From the NCBI GenBank assembly GCA_965207445.1, contig CBDBLX010000002.1:1271849-1335848 (forward strand): 64,000 nt of DNA, written 5' to 3'. Of this stretch, positions 9,185 through 20,134 are shown piece by piece. Position 1 is the first letter of the stretch; each line of letters starts with the position of its first letter. The position numbers were made by a program, and so were the translations under genes. The notes under the pieces are model-generated. The model saw only the letters and a list, made by a program, of their open reading frames with translations. It made no database searches and had not been told where the DNA came from. The stretch comes from Nitrosopumilus sp. (GTDB lineage Archaea; Thermoproteota; Nitrososphaeria; Nitrososphaerales; Nitrosopumilaceae).

Positions 9185-11329
9185 GTGCGTGTAATGAGTA
9201 ATGCTTCTGCCACCACACGTGAGAATAAGATTTTACGCGATAAACTCGCGCACATGTGGAAGTTTGTAAACGTCATAATGGAAGCATGGGGGGAGCAGGC
9301 TGCCATGTTCATCGATGAGATCAAGAGACTTGAAGGCAAAGTCGAGAGTCTGAAAACATACTGTGATGAACTCAAAGAACAACTGCAAGATGCAAAAAGG
9401 CTTTTAGCAATGCATGAGAACTATAACAACCCAGACAGGGGGACGAAGACTGCCCATGATAGGCAGAAACACAGACAGGCGTTGAGAGCCGAGAGTGAAG
9501 AGAATGTGCAGTGTGCCATGGATGTGGAAAAGGAAAAAAGCAGTAGAAAATCTGGCCTGCGACATCGCGGCGGCCAGCCCGGTTCAAAGGGCATGTCGTG
9601 TAGCCTAAAACCAGACAGGAAACTAGATGATTTATGCGCGCCCGAAACATGCGTCCGGTGCGGCAGAACTGACATCATACATTTAGGATTCCTATGGAAG
9701 ATGGTACTTGAAATACGCGAGTATGGCGACCGGTTCTGCACAAACCCAGGACCATTTGAGAATCCCAAAGAGATGGTGGATAATTTGCACATGAACGGAG
9801 CATTGTTTGCCTATATGGAGGCATCAGTTCCTGCAATCTGCTTGCAGTGTGAGGTGATCATCTACCCAGAGACGCCGTCGATCCCAGGATCGTCGTGCGG
9901 ACCGATCTTGCGCGAAAAGATCATGAACCTGCACGGGCAAGTGCCACCCGTGCAGCGCATACACAATATACTTGCCGCAAACCATCATACTGAGATCGGC
10001 ACAGGCACCATCTCAAAGTGCCTAAAGGCAATATCACAACACGCTACGCACGACTGTTTGTGGGTAAAGGCACCCCGTGATATTATTGAGGATGTAAAGG
10101 CGGCCTATAGCACTGATACAAAAAAGTCAGAGACATCTACTAATGAAATGGTCGCATATACTGAACAAGATGATAATGGTGAGGAGACAATCATAATGAC
10201 TGCACACTCTGAGCCTCCTGTTGCCATGTTCTGGCAACAACCTGCTGCTGAACCACCAAAACTAAAATCCGAAGACTCTCCCCTACCTGAGACGACGCTT
10301 GTGCCGTATACTATACCTGACACACACATGCACAGCGTCCTCCCGCCACTATTCACCCAGATATACGAGATGATCACAATGGCCCCCAATATTATGTGGG
10401 ACAAGTCAAATGCAAAGGTAGCAGGACACCGTCGACAGACGCTCGTACTGCTCTGTCCCGGAATTGCCACCATGATAAAAATTACAGACAGTAAATCAAA
10501 AAATCTCATACAATACATGTTCCCGGATCTGCTTGGCAGACTTCTCCAGGCCGACATGTATCTTGCAGGCAATGCGTTTGATGGTGACATACAGACATGC
10601 CGTGTACACCTCTGGCGTCGAGGCGAGTCGTTGGCAGTATTGCACGGCATACACTCACCAGAACAGACGTACTCTGAAGAGCATCTCAATATATTCAGAC
10701 TCTCAAAACGCGCAGGTGAACATATAACCCAGCTGGCCGGCGGCCCGCTCACATCTATCTGCGAGGTTGACAGTGTGATTCGAGCCATACCTGGACTCTC
10801 ACAAACAATAAGTGATGAGGTCGACGTACTAAATACTCGCATGCTCAAATTGATAGACGCGTACCGGCACGGTGAGGTCTCTGATGAAGACACGCACAAA
10901 TACGCCACCTCACTTGAGAATGCACTACCATACATGTTTACATTTCTGTGGCATCCGGGTATGCAAGGTCACACAAATGACATTGAGCGACTCATCAAGA
11001 AATGCAACGTATTGCCGCGCAAGATGCAAGGGGGACTTCCAGACTGGACGGCTGCAAAAACGCAGGCCAACCTGCAGACCATACATGCAAACTCTGCTCT
11101 GTGGGGCGTATTCTCAGGACAATTGGTATCGGGATATCGCGGCAGTTGGAAGCCTCCACCATCAGATTCAATCACAATAATGTCCACGTCGTCGCCTCCA
11201 CCATCATCACAGAGACCACATCCGCGTGTCACCAAAAAACATATCACGAAATCCTCTGATCCATTAATACAAGCACATGACCTCATCTGCATACCAAAAT
11301 CACAAAATGTCAAGGTCGCTGCCGCATGA
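9185..11329 (+). CDS. IS66-family (TnpC-like) transposase, divergent, 714 aa
   Basis: Coiled coil, GGQPGSKG, CxxC...CxxC, QTCRVHLWR and HTNDIER motifs. Confidence 0.75.
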   Translation: MRVMSNASATTRENKILRDKLAHMWKFVNVIMEAWGEQAAMFIDEIKRLEGKVESLKTYCDELKEQLQDAKRLLAMHENYNNPDRGTKTAHDRQKHRQALRAESEENVQCAMDVEKEKSSRKSGLRHRGGQPGSKGMSCSLKPDRKLDDLCAPETCVRCGRTDIIHLGFLWKMVLEIREYGDRFCTNPGPFENPKEMVDNLHMNGALFAYMEASVPAICLQCEVIIYPETPSIPGSSCGPILREKIMNLHGQVPPVQRIHNILAANHHTEIGTGTISKCLKAISQHATHDCLWVKAPRDIIEDVKAAYSTDTKKSETSTNEMVAYTEQDDNGEETIIMTAHSEPPVAMFWQQPAAEPPKLKSEDSPLPETTLVPYTIPDTHMHSVLPPLFTQIYEMITMAPNIMWDKSNAKVAGHRRQTLVLLCPGIATMIKITDSKSKNLIQYMFPDLLGRLLQADMYLAGNAFDGDIQTCRVHLWRRGESLAVLHGIHSPEQTYSEEHLNIFRLSKRAGEHITQLAGGPLTSICEVDSVIRAIPGLSQTISDEVDVLNTRMLKLIDAYRHGEVSDEDTHKYATSLENALPYMFTFLWHPGMQGHTNDIERLIKKCNVLPRKMQGGLPDWTAAKTQANLQTIHANSALWGVFSGQLVSGYRGSWKPPPSDSITIMSTSSPPPSSQRPHPRVTKKHITKSSDPLIQAHDLICIPKSQNVKVAAA

Positions 11330-11489
11330 CTTTTTAATATAATCATATTATTGCAAAACTTGCCCCATATTATGCCATTTTTGTACCATCCACACACTCC
11401 TCACCTCTGACACTACTAACACAATACACAAACTGGCCGTGCCGCCACCATCCAATCCGATGTTTTTGCCTTGAACAACGTGACGCTGT

Positions 11490-11525
11490 ATGTTACCTGC
11501 ATGTTACCTGCATGTTACCTGCATG
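11490..11525. repeat. 11-bp tandem repeat ATGTTACCTGC x3
   Basis: Directly visible. Confidence 0.9.
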
Positions 11526-11698
11526 GCCACCATATCGCATACCATAACGCCTGTCCGATATCTGTCTAAGGTGGCAGCGTAAGTGGGTGAGAGTTGAGGG
11601 GAGGGGGTGGGGGTGAACGCTTGTTTACATGGTTACCATGCCACCATCAACGATACTTTTATACCTCATATTACTACATTAAACAGGGACGAATACAC

Positions 11699-11794
11699 AT
11701 GGCCAAAAAAATAACCAAAGAAGAGAAAGAAAAAATCATAGAGGATCTTCTAAGCAAGCACTATAAGGTATACGATCGGCTGGCAGAACTGTAG
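11699..11794 (+). CDS. 31-aa putative antitoxin (MAKKITKEEKEKIIEDLLSKHYKVYDRLAEL)
   Basis: Its stop abuts the ATG of the next gene (MYYPTVHDVELVIEKINRH, Doc-like N-terminus), which IS481 cuts at 11851. Confidence 0.5.
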   Translation: MAKKITKEEKEKIIEDLLSKHYKVYDRLAEL

Positions 11795-11949
11795 ATGTAC
11801 TACCCAACAGTTCATGACGTCGAACTTGTTATTGAAAAAATAAACCGACATAAGTTGTCTTGTAAGTATCTATGTGGGATCCTTATAAGCGATTCTTCAC
11901 TTTTCGTACTAAAGTGCGCAGCATACGCTAGGGTGGTGTTTTTCCGGAG

Positions 11950-12080
11950 GGTGGTTCGGATATGTATCTATACGAGCATTAAATCTCAATACCATGCTTC
12001 ATCCATTCGTTAGGGGCACTATGCAGTTAGTTCCCCGAGCATTAAATCTCACACTTACAACGCACAAATCCCTAACCATA
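11950..12080 (-). ncRNA. Putative bridge (seek) RNA with target-binding and donor-binding loops
   Basis: 16-nt module CGAGCATTAAATCTCA repeated at 11973-11988 and 12036-12051, flanked by arms matching the donor junction and the target site. Confidence 0.8.
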
Positions 12081-12095
12081 ATTTTTCACATCTAT

Positions 12096-13319
12096 TCATT
12101 TTTTTTTCTTGGGGTTACGATGTGTACTCTTTTTACCCATCTCTACACATGTCCAAAAATCTATATTCTTTGTTAGCATCCAAAATACAATTTTGAGCAT
12201 CTTGGCAGCAGCGGCAACCTGTGCTTTTGAGACGCCTCTTTTCTCCTTTAATCTTTCATAAAATACACTTATTGGAGTCTGTCGATTATTATTCTTTGCA
12301 AACTGCACATGAGACAACACACATTCTGTGAGCAACTGTCGAACCATGGAATTTCCCATTTTCGTTATGGCACCATGGTGAACTGTACTGGCAGAATTCC
12401 TCACAGATGGAGCTAGTCCAAAATAAGCAACAAGACTGCCCATATCACGAAATCTTGAGATATCACCAATTTCAGATGATAATGTAAGCGCAGTCACAGG
12501 ACCGATTCCAGGCATCGTAGTCAAAAGTGAAGCGTGTTCGTTTTTTGATACTGCATTGGATATTTTATCATCACAATCACGAACATCATCATTTAAAAAT
12601 GCAATTGTTTTGATATGTTTGTCTATCCTCCAGTCATTAAGCTTGCGTAAATTTTGTATATGTTCAGCAGAAAATGGAATCCCTTTGATCTTGATTCCAC
12701 TTTGTAACAATATTGCATGAACACTATTTTTGGACTTTACTCTAGACTTTACTACTGTACTTCTATACCTGACCAATTGTCTATTATGTACATCCTTTTC
12801 CTCTGGAACATAACATCCTGCAATATATCCACCCCTTAGCAGATCTGCCAATATACGAGCATCTACTTTATCTGTCTTCTTTTTTGATTCAGCTATTCGT
12901 TTTGTTGCAAGTGGGTTTGATAACATCACATCCAAATGCAATTTTTCTGTGAGAAATCTATACATGCCATACCATACAGAAGAAGATTCCAACACGTATT
13001 TTGCATTGGGCGGAAACTCAGAAAATTCTTTTACAATATCAATATGATTGCACTCAATTCGTTTATTTTGTCGAACATTACCTTTAGGATCCATAATTGC
13101 CACTTGCATGAATTTTTTGTGAAGATCAATTCCAACAAAATATTTTTGAGCATTATCATATTTTACCGATGTTTTTGTGGTTGTTTTTTTCACCTTGCTT
13201 ACGCTATGACTATCCATATGGTCATTTTTTCTACCCCTAATCTGTTTGTTTGCATTTTGCTTGTGCGAATCACGATCTATACCATCTGAATTTCTACTCT
13301 GCTGTGTTTTTCGTGCCAC
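12096..13319 (-). CDS. IS110-family recombinase, 407 aa
   Basis: VGIDLHKK, VLESS, KTDKVDA and GLAPSVRNSA motifs. Confidence 0.95.
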   Translation of the reverse strand: MARKTQQSRNSDGIDRDSHKQNANKQIRGRKNDHMDSHSVSKVKKTTTKTSVKYDNAQKYFVGIDLHKKFMQVAIMDPKGNVRQNKRIECNHIDIVKEFSEFPPNAKYVLESSSVWYGMYRFLTEKLHLDVMLSNPLATKRIAESKKKTDKVDARILADLLRGGYIAGCYVPEEKDVHNRQLVRYRSTVVKSRVKSKNSVHAILLQSGIKIKGIPFSAEHIQNLRKLNDWRIDKHIKTIAFLNDDVRDCDDKISNAVSKNEHASLLTTMPGIGPVTALTLSSEIGDISRFRDMGSLVAYFGLAPSVRNSASTVHHGAITKMGNSMVRQLLTECVLSHVQFAKNNNRQTPISVFYERLKEKRGVSKAQVAAAAKMLKIVFWMLTKNIDFWTCVEMGKKSTHRNPKKKK

Positions 13320-14578
13320 ATATGGTTAGTTCCGCCTTGAGTGTACGCCTAGATATAATCATATTTTATATGAAAGGTGTGATAAGTTTAGCTTTTATGC
13401 CCACTTGGAGAGAAAAGAAAATTGGCTACTAGTGGTGTAGATCCTCATATATCCGTGTGCGGAGTGGAAATGAAGGTGTGTGGGTCAAATCATGATCCTC
13501 GTACAAAGATCAAAACTAGGCTCAAAAATGGTAAAAAACTTCGTGTAATACATAAACTTGATGAGGAACAGGTACGGTGGATAGTTCAGCAAAAGCACAA
13601 TGATGAGATGAGTGACACCCAGATTGCAAAATTAGTGGGTGTATCTGCACGATGGGTTAGAAAATTGTTCGTACGATATGGTCATTTACAGCCAAAAGAT
13701 ATCACATATCCTCCAAAGATGGGACGTCCTTCTAATGGATTACCAGGCCGTCGAGAACATTCTGCAGTGATATCTTGTTGCAAGCAGAACAGACGTATGG
13801 CAGTCAGACTCGATACTAATAGAAGAAGAAATCGGAATCCATATTTCTCACAATATCATATATAGGATATTGAAAGATGAGGAGTTAGTAGAAAACCAAC
13901 CAAAAAAAGCAAAGCAGCGAAAGTGGGTTAGATATGAGAGAAGATTCTCAAATTCTTTATGGCATACGGATTTTAAGCAGATTTACGATGGTAGATGGTT
14001 TGTGTCCTATCAGGACGATGCATCTAGGATGATCATGGGCTTTGGAGTGTATAATGAACCTACAAGTGATCATGCAATAAAGGTGCTTGAGGGCGCCATC
14101 AAGAAATATGGCAAACCTGCCCAAATACTAACGGATCATGGATCTCAGTTCTATGCAAATGAGAAAAAGAACTCTGAGCGCGGTGTAGCAGTATTTGAGA
14201 ACAAGTTAGTCGAGCTTGGTATCAAACAAGTCATGGCACGTATAAAACACCCTCAAACCAATGGTAAATTAGAACGATTCCACTCTGAGATTGAACAACA
14301 TCTAAAATCATTTGAAGAAGAGTCTGCATGTAATACAGTTCGCGGTTCCAAACCCGGCGACCATGTGGGGAATCCATTCCATACTATGGGTATAACAGAC
14401 CCAATAACAAGACTCATCAACTGGTACAATAATCTCCCACATATGTCACTAAAAGACGGTAAAGAGACGCCTATAGAAGCCTATAAACGCAAACAAGCAC
14501 CAAAAGACATAACAGCAAAAGAAATGGAGAGTCATACATATGTCAAATCATAAGTGGAATTACTTACAGGATAACACA

Positions 14579-14977
14579 CCACGGTGTTTGCCACCGGGGG
14601 GCTGGACGATCCGCGAGGTGTTGCGATCGGGCCAAAGTATACGGCGCCCGCCGCCACCGCCGGCGTACCACAACGACGCGCCGTCCATCACACTGCAGAA
14701 CTCCACACACGGCATCCCATTCCGCACAGAGCTCGCCCGGAATACCACTACGGACTACACCGTAACGGCCGCGGATCCAGAGGACGATCCGGTAACGTTT
14801 GCTCTAGTACCGCACGCAATAAAACGAGGTGCAATCACCTTATCAGATCACCACAATGCCACGGCAATCCTGTCGATCAACACGTCCCAAATGGACACGG
14901 GAACGTACACCTTTGAAATCACTGCATCAGACGGACATGACATTGAGCGCACGCTCTACGCGGTTGTGGTACGTTGA
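14579..14977 (+). pseudogene. 3' remnant of a surface protein (NHL-like repeat plus cadherin/Ig-like domain), truncated by IS481
   Basis: GGLDDPRGVAIGP then NDAPSI...VTAADPEDDPVTF...GTYTFEITASDG, in two frames. Confidence 0.6.
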
Positions 14978-16413
14978 GCCGCAAGCGACTAACAGTCATA
15001 ATTGTAGCTTCGTTGACAGCCGCCTGCATTTTTGCTCTGGTTGCGGCGCCCACCCACACAGATAACATGGATGCCCCGATCCCGCCCCCTGCAGACTCGC
15101 CAAACGACATCTCGGACACCAATGAGGGGCACGCGGATGCCCCGATCCCGCCCCCTGCAGACTCGCCAAACGACATCTCGGACACCGGTGATGGGCACGC
15201 GGATGCCCCGATCCCGCCCCCTGCAGACTCGCCAAACGACATCTCGGACACCAGTGCAGAGTACACGGGTCCACAGATCCCATCGGAGGCGGCCTCGTCA
15301 AGCAACGCCTTTGCCATTGACATGTACAGGAAGCTAGCCTCAGATCCCAAACACAAGGACGAGAACGTATTCTTCTCGCCATTCAGCCTCTATATTGCCG
15401 CCTCACTCGTGTACGAGGGGGCGCGGGACGAGACCGCGTCACAGATCGAGCAGGTCTTTGACCTCGAGCCCGACGACCGCATGCGGCACGAGATCATATC
15501 CAATACGTCGTCTTCAATAAACCGCCACGATCCGCACGCGACGCTTGTCACTGCAAACGCGCTATGGCTCGACAGGGGATTCGACCCGTACCAAGACTAT
15601 GTGGACATAGTACGCGACGTATATCGTGCCGACATCGACCGCCTCGACTTTCTCAACGACGCGGAGAACGGAGCCAAGCGTATAAACGCTTGGGCAGGTG
15701 ACAAGACCCAAGACAGGATCCCCGAGGTGGTGACCCCGAAAGATGTCTATCGGGCAGCATCCGTGTCCACCAACATGATATACTTCAAGGGCGCGTGGGC
15801 AGCGCAGTTTGATCCCGCCGACACCCACAGGGGCGCGTTCTGGAGGACCGATGCCTCCAAGGCCGAGGCGGACTTTATGCGCAACACGGCATTTTTCAAC
15901 TATGCAGAATCAGACCTGGCACAGATTCTGCAGATGCCCTATGAGGGCGGCAGGCTCTCGATGCTGGTGTTTCTGCCGTCGGAGCGCGACGGCATACGCG
16001 ACCTTGAGGATGTGATCTCTGCGCAGCGCATAAAGACGTGGAAGGAAGGCATGTCGACCATGGAGGTTACGGTCCTGATGCCAAAGTTTGAAATGGAAAC
16101 ACACTATGAACTCAACGATCACCTGACGAGCCTCGGGATGCCGCATGCATTTGATCCGATATTGGCGAACTTTTCAGGAAAAGTCGATCTCACAAAAATA
16201 CCGGAGAACCTATACGTGAGCAGCGCCAGCCAGAGCGCGTTTGTCAAGGTGAACGAAGAGGGCACGGAGGCAGCGGCCGTTTCTGTCTTTATAGACAAGG
16301 TTACTTCAGAACCGCCCAAATTCATTGCCGATCGCCCGTTCATCTTTGCAATACAGGATGATGCAAGCGGCACAATACTGTTCATGGGACGCGTGTCGGA
16401 TCCCGCGAAGTGA
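14974..16413 (+). CDS. Secreted serpin with N-terminal Pro/Asp-rich repeats
   Basis: NVFFSPFS, IYFKGAW, VNEEGTEAAA hinge, FIADRPFIF and ILFMGRV motifs; signal peptide. Confidence 0.95.
   Translation: MSRKRLTVIIVASLTAACIFALVAAPTHTDNMDAPIPPPADSPNDISDTNEGHADAPIPPPADSPNDISDTGDGHADAPIPPPADSPNDISDTSAEYTGPQIPSEAASSSNAFAIDMYRKLASDPKHKDENVFFSPFSLYIAASLVYEGARDETASQIEQVFDLEPDDRMRHEIISNTSSSINRHDPHATLVTANALWLDRGFDPYQDYVDIVRDVYRADIDRLDFLNDAENGAKRINAWAGDKTQDRIPEVVTPKDVYRAASVSTNMIYFKGAWAAQFDPADTHRGAFWRTDASKAEADFMRNTAFFNYAESDLAQILQMPYEGGRLSMLVFLPSERDGIRDLEDVISAQRIKTWKEGMSTMEVTVLMPKFEMETHYELNDHLTSLGMPHAFDPILANFSGKVDLTKIPENLYVSSASQSAFVKVNEEGTEAAAVSVFIDKVTSEPPKFIADRPFIFAIQDDASGTILFMGRVSDPAK
15070..15252 (+). 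repeat. 66-bp coding tandem repeat x~2.8 (DAPIPPPADSPNDISDT..)
   Basis: Units start at 15070, 15136 and 15202. Confidence 0.95.
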
Positions 16414-16860
16414 AACGTCCGCGGCGTCCCGAGCAGGGCGCCCCATGTGGACGGGGCCAACACGGTCCGGAGCCCCAAACACGAGCAGTGCCCCTTCGAC
16501 CCGCGCCGCGGTCCGCGGCTTGTGTTAGGCAAACCTGCGCATCCGCCCGACAGTTGCGCCATCCTGTCCGGGTTTCCTACAAACCTTCCCGCGATCCTCA
16601 CTGTCTCCACGCCTGGCTCAAATCCGTAGTCGGAGAGACGCCCTTGTTGAGCATGCGTTGATTCCATCATTCGCGTTGGTCGCTGGAGTCTCACTTCGCG
16701 CATATTACCAGTAATGTCAATGTTTTTTCACAGGAATGTGGAGATTTGTGTGAACCAACCTTCTTGACTAATATATTCATTTAAAATTTGAGTATGAATA
16801 GATAAAATAATTTAGATTTTAAAGTTTTACTATGATATTTTTTCTCATATTTAAATTAAC

Positions 16861-16941
16861 GTAACCGTTTAACCCCTGTATCTGCATCAAAAGTTAGACG
16901 ATGAATTTGTGCCTAAATTTGGGAAGGGGTTGAACGGTTAC
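16861..16941. mobile_element. MITE-A copy
   Basis: GTAACCGTTTAACCCC...GGGGTTGAACGGTTAC; no TSD. Confidence 0.85.
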
Positions 16942-17214
16942 GTACACATAGCACTTGTTACAATACACATCTGAAACGTTTCTATCCATATTAAAAACAA
17001 ATGCGACATTTTTAAAATACAATATTTTTACATATGATCTTTTCAGGCATAAAATCGTGTAAAATTGGCGTACATGGACTTGTGTTCGTTGCTATAGTAT
17101 GGCACAGTGTGATATTTTGACGTTTATCTATCTCTGTTATGTTATTGTTGCTGTAATTGAAATTTCAACTCGAATTTTCATTTAGTGTGATGTATGCCTT
17201 GTCCTATCATATCA

Positions 17215-17295
17215 GCAATCATTCAACTCCTGTGCCTGCACTAAAAGTTAGGCGATGAATCTGTGTCTAAACTTGAAAATGAGATGAAAGGTTAC
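17215..17295. mobile_element. MITE-A degenerate copy
   Basis: Internal similarity; imperfect TSD ATCATATCA/ATCATGTCC. Confidence 0.7.
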
Positions 17296-17339
17296 ATCAT
17301 GTCCTACCATATCCAATACATACTACCCTATACTGCCTG

Positions 17340-17830
17340 TTTTCTTGATTGTCGGTATTGGAGTTTTTTTTGTATGATAATTTTTTGTTTATTTTAAAAA
17401 TTTTATATTTAAATTATTTTTATCAATTAATATGAAAAATTTTATATATTACAATATAAATTATTTAATATTAATTTTTTATATACAATAATTTTAATTA
17501 AAATAATATAAAAATTATCATATTAATTTATTTTTACCAATATTATTAATTAAAAATATAATATTTTAAATAAATAGAATTATTTTATAATTTTTGTTAT
17601 GATATAAGTAAAATTAAATTATAATAATATGTAATAATTTACATTAATTTTTTTGAATAGTTTGAATATTTATGTTAAACAATCTTTTTATATTAAACAC
17701 AATGTGACACGTACTTGTTCATCTCTGAAATATTTTTGACATACTATATATGTAAAATAATAATAAACAAATTACTATATATTTTTAAAAGTAAATAATT
17801 TATTTATACATTAAACGTCTACGTTAATGT
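17340..17830. other. Extreme AT-rich non-coding tract
   Basis: Core 60-nt lines carry only a few G/C. Confidence 0.9.
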
Positions 17831-18150
17831 ATATCTTTACTAAACACTTGAGTGTATGTATGGGATTTTTGGATCAGGACAAGCATCAAATGACCCCTAG
17901 TGATTTAACAAGGAGATAATTAAAAAACATGTATTGTGTGTATTGTACTTTTAAATAATTATGATGAGATTGTGTAATGTCGCACAAAAGACGGGGTTTT
18001 GAGATATACAATATATGCTAGTATATTACTCACCATACACTTGGCATCTACCCGTACACATCTCTTACAAATACAACTACAATAAGCATTGATCATTACG
18101 GCATGACTGCATTTGATCCCTGACTACTTGTTTCTTATGACTCACATATG

Positions 18151-19822
18151 GTGGTTGGTGCGTAATTCATCAAATCGCCACTTGCATCGTACTTGCAAAA
18201 TCATCTGCAAATATCGCCAGAGTTTTATGTACATATATTTAATAAGCTCATATATAAAAGTATATGCGCGCATACCAAAAGTTACTTATAGGGGCATCCC
18301 AAATGAATAATTGTAATGTCACCAAAGGGGATGCTAAACAACGTTGACTAGCCAATGTTATCAACGTATCGTTTGTGAAGTGTGGTGGAACGACGACATA
18401 TGGTGGGTTGCCACAACATGCTATACTACACAGAATGTCGCCCATTACAATGCATGGTTTGTGATGAATGTGGCGCCTGCTTGTTGTTTGTGTAAATTTA
18501 GTGTGTGGGTTTCAAATAAGAACAAATCAAGGAGGCAGACCGTACAGTGACAGAGCAACACAAGCGACGCGAAGGTTACTGGCAGTATTACGAACAGGCA
18601 CGCAAATCTGAGCCGGATTTTATGCGCAAGACCTTGCTGTCGGCGATACGAAAAAACCCACATCCGTGCAAGGAAAAGAAGACAAATAGAGGATGCAAGC
18701 CCGTACACTCGCGTGACAAGATGGATTTTTTGTGTCTTTTAAAAGTTGCAAAAAATATTCCTTTTCGTGATGTGGTAAATGAGCTTGGACATATGCATGA
18801 TGAATGGGTTGACGAGACGAAGCCTGATTATAGTTGGGTAACCAAACATATGCAAACAATTGATCTCGACTGGCTTGATTCTATTTTAGCATATACTGCC
18901 AATATGTGTCTAGATGAACTTGAAAAATCTGGGACAGATCCGGTACCGATAAAAGGTAAAGAGACCATACTTACGCACGGATCCGAGGATTTTGAGAGCG
19001 GTAAACAAGACGTAAAAAAAGGACCTACCGCTCCGATTGGGATAGACAGTAGTGGGGTAGAGACTGATAGGTACGAAAAACAAGAAAGACCTAATCATGT
19101 ACTACAAGACTTTGAGCCGACACGCGTCAAGACGTACCTAAAATATCACATTACTTCGATAACCGGACACCAGATCATACTTGCATCATACACAACTCCA
19201 AGCAATGTGAGTGACACGTCAATGCTTCCATATATGGTCAGCTTTCTCACAAAAAACTATACACGTATTGAAGAACGCTTATTCAACGGAGACAAGGGAT
19301 ACGACTCGGATCAAAACTGCGAGATAATATTCAATGCAAACATGAAACCGAACATAAAGCAGCGCAATCATACAGATGGTGCAGGTCATACAAACCGTGG
19401 CAAACCAAGCAGAAAAAAGGCAGCGGAGATCTTTGACCAAGATGCATACAAACAACGCGCACTTATCGAGGCAATATTTGGAGCAGAAGAAACAAAGAAT
19501 CACAGGCTACACTGTCGTATGCGTCTGGCCGAAAACAGAAAACGGTTTGGCAAAATACTATCGATTGCATGGAACATCAACGTCCTGAACAGATTTATCT
19601 GCGCTCATGAAAAAGGGCAAAAGATTCCATCATACGAATGATAGTGACTGCTATCACACTTGCACGTTTTATGTTCTATAATCTGTCTGCTAAAACACAC
19701 ATGCATATTCAAAAACGAAACGCACTATAGATAGGTTTCAGTCTTTTGTAGATTGAATGTGCAATAAACCAAGCTCACAGAAGGGTCACAGGCAGGCCTA
19801 ATGTCAATTACGCACCAACCTC
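18151..19822 (+). mobile_element. IS5-like element, transposase 18547-19641
   Basis: TIR G(A/T)GGTTGGTGCGTAATT; 9-bp TSD TCACATATG; IDSSG, GDKGYDS and YKQRALIE motifs. Confidence 0.9.
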
Positions 19823-19870
19823 TCACATATGATAACATTTAAAACTATACTAAAACATCTAATATCATTG

Positions 19871-20110
19871 ATGTACAAAAATCAAAACTCCATACGAAGC
19901 AAGTGGTGGTTTATGCTTCCAATTATGATGCAGTTTGTAGGTGGTATAATAGCATACTATGCACTACGCCAAGATGATCCACAAAAAGCCAAGGATTGTC
20001 TTTTACTTGGTATTGTATTAACTGCAATAGGCGCTGCAATGTTTTTGGTGCCTATAGTGTTAGCTATATTCACTTTTCCAATTGATGTAATTGAAGCAGT
20101 CAATAACTAA
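19871..20110 (+). CDS. Small two-TM membrane protein
   Basis: WWFMLPI..GGIIAYYALRQDDP..AK..LLLGI. Confidence 0.75.
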   Translation: MYKNQNSIRSKWWFMLPIMMQFVGGIIAYYALRQDDPQKAKDCLLLGIVLTAIGAAMFLVPIVLAIFTFPIDVIEAVNN

Positions 20111-20112
20111 TA

Positions 20113-20134
20113 TTTCTAAATTCGAATTTAGAAA
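20113..20134. repeat. 22-bp perfect palindrome TTTCTAAATTCGAATTTAGAAA, copy 1
   Basis: Identical copies at 21532 and 22989. Confidence 0.95.

Larger units (their letters stand above)
8671..11624 (+). mobile_element. IS66-like element with a single transposase gene
   Basis: TIR GCAAGCGTTCACCCCC at 8671 and GGGGGTGAACGCTTGT ending 11624; no TSD seen. Confidence 0.7.
11869..13328 (-). mobile_element. IS110 family, IS1111-type element inserted at a TA core in the IS481 TIR
   Basis: Removing it restores TGTAAGTAGTTCCGCC, as in the intact IS481 end at 51636-51662 (rc); sub-terminal IR TATGTGG/CCACATA; long 3' non-coding end. Confidence 0.9.
11851..14578 (+). mobile_element. IS481-family element copy 1; left TIR interrupted by IS110; transposase frameshifted (13422-14553)
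   Basis: WHTDF, DDASR, TDHGSQF and NGKLER motifs; near-identical to 50336-51662; flanks come from two different genes and there is no TSD. Confidence 0.9.

Noticed and set aside
10105..10935. 276-aa minus-strand ORF and similar long antisense ORFs (e.g. 3479-3850, 29085-29573, 45099-45659)
   Set aside because: Shadows of well-supported genes on the other strand
11795..12013. 72-aa ORF as an intact gene
   Set aside because: Chimeric: only the first 19 codons are native; the rest is IS481 TIR and IS110 non-coding end
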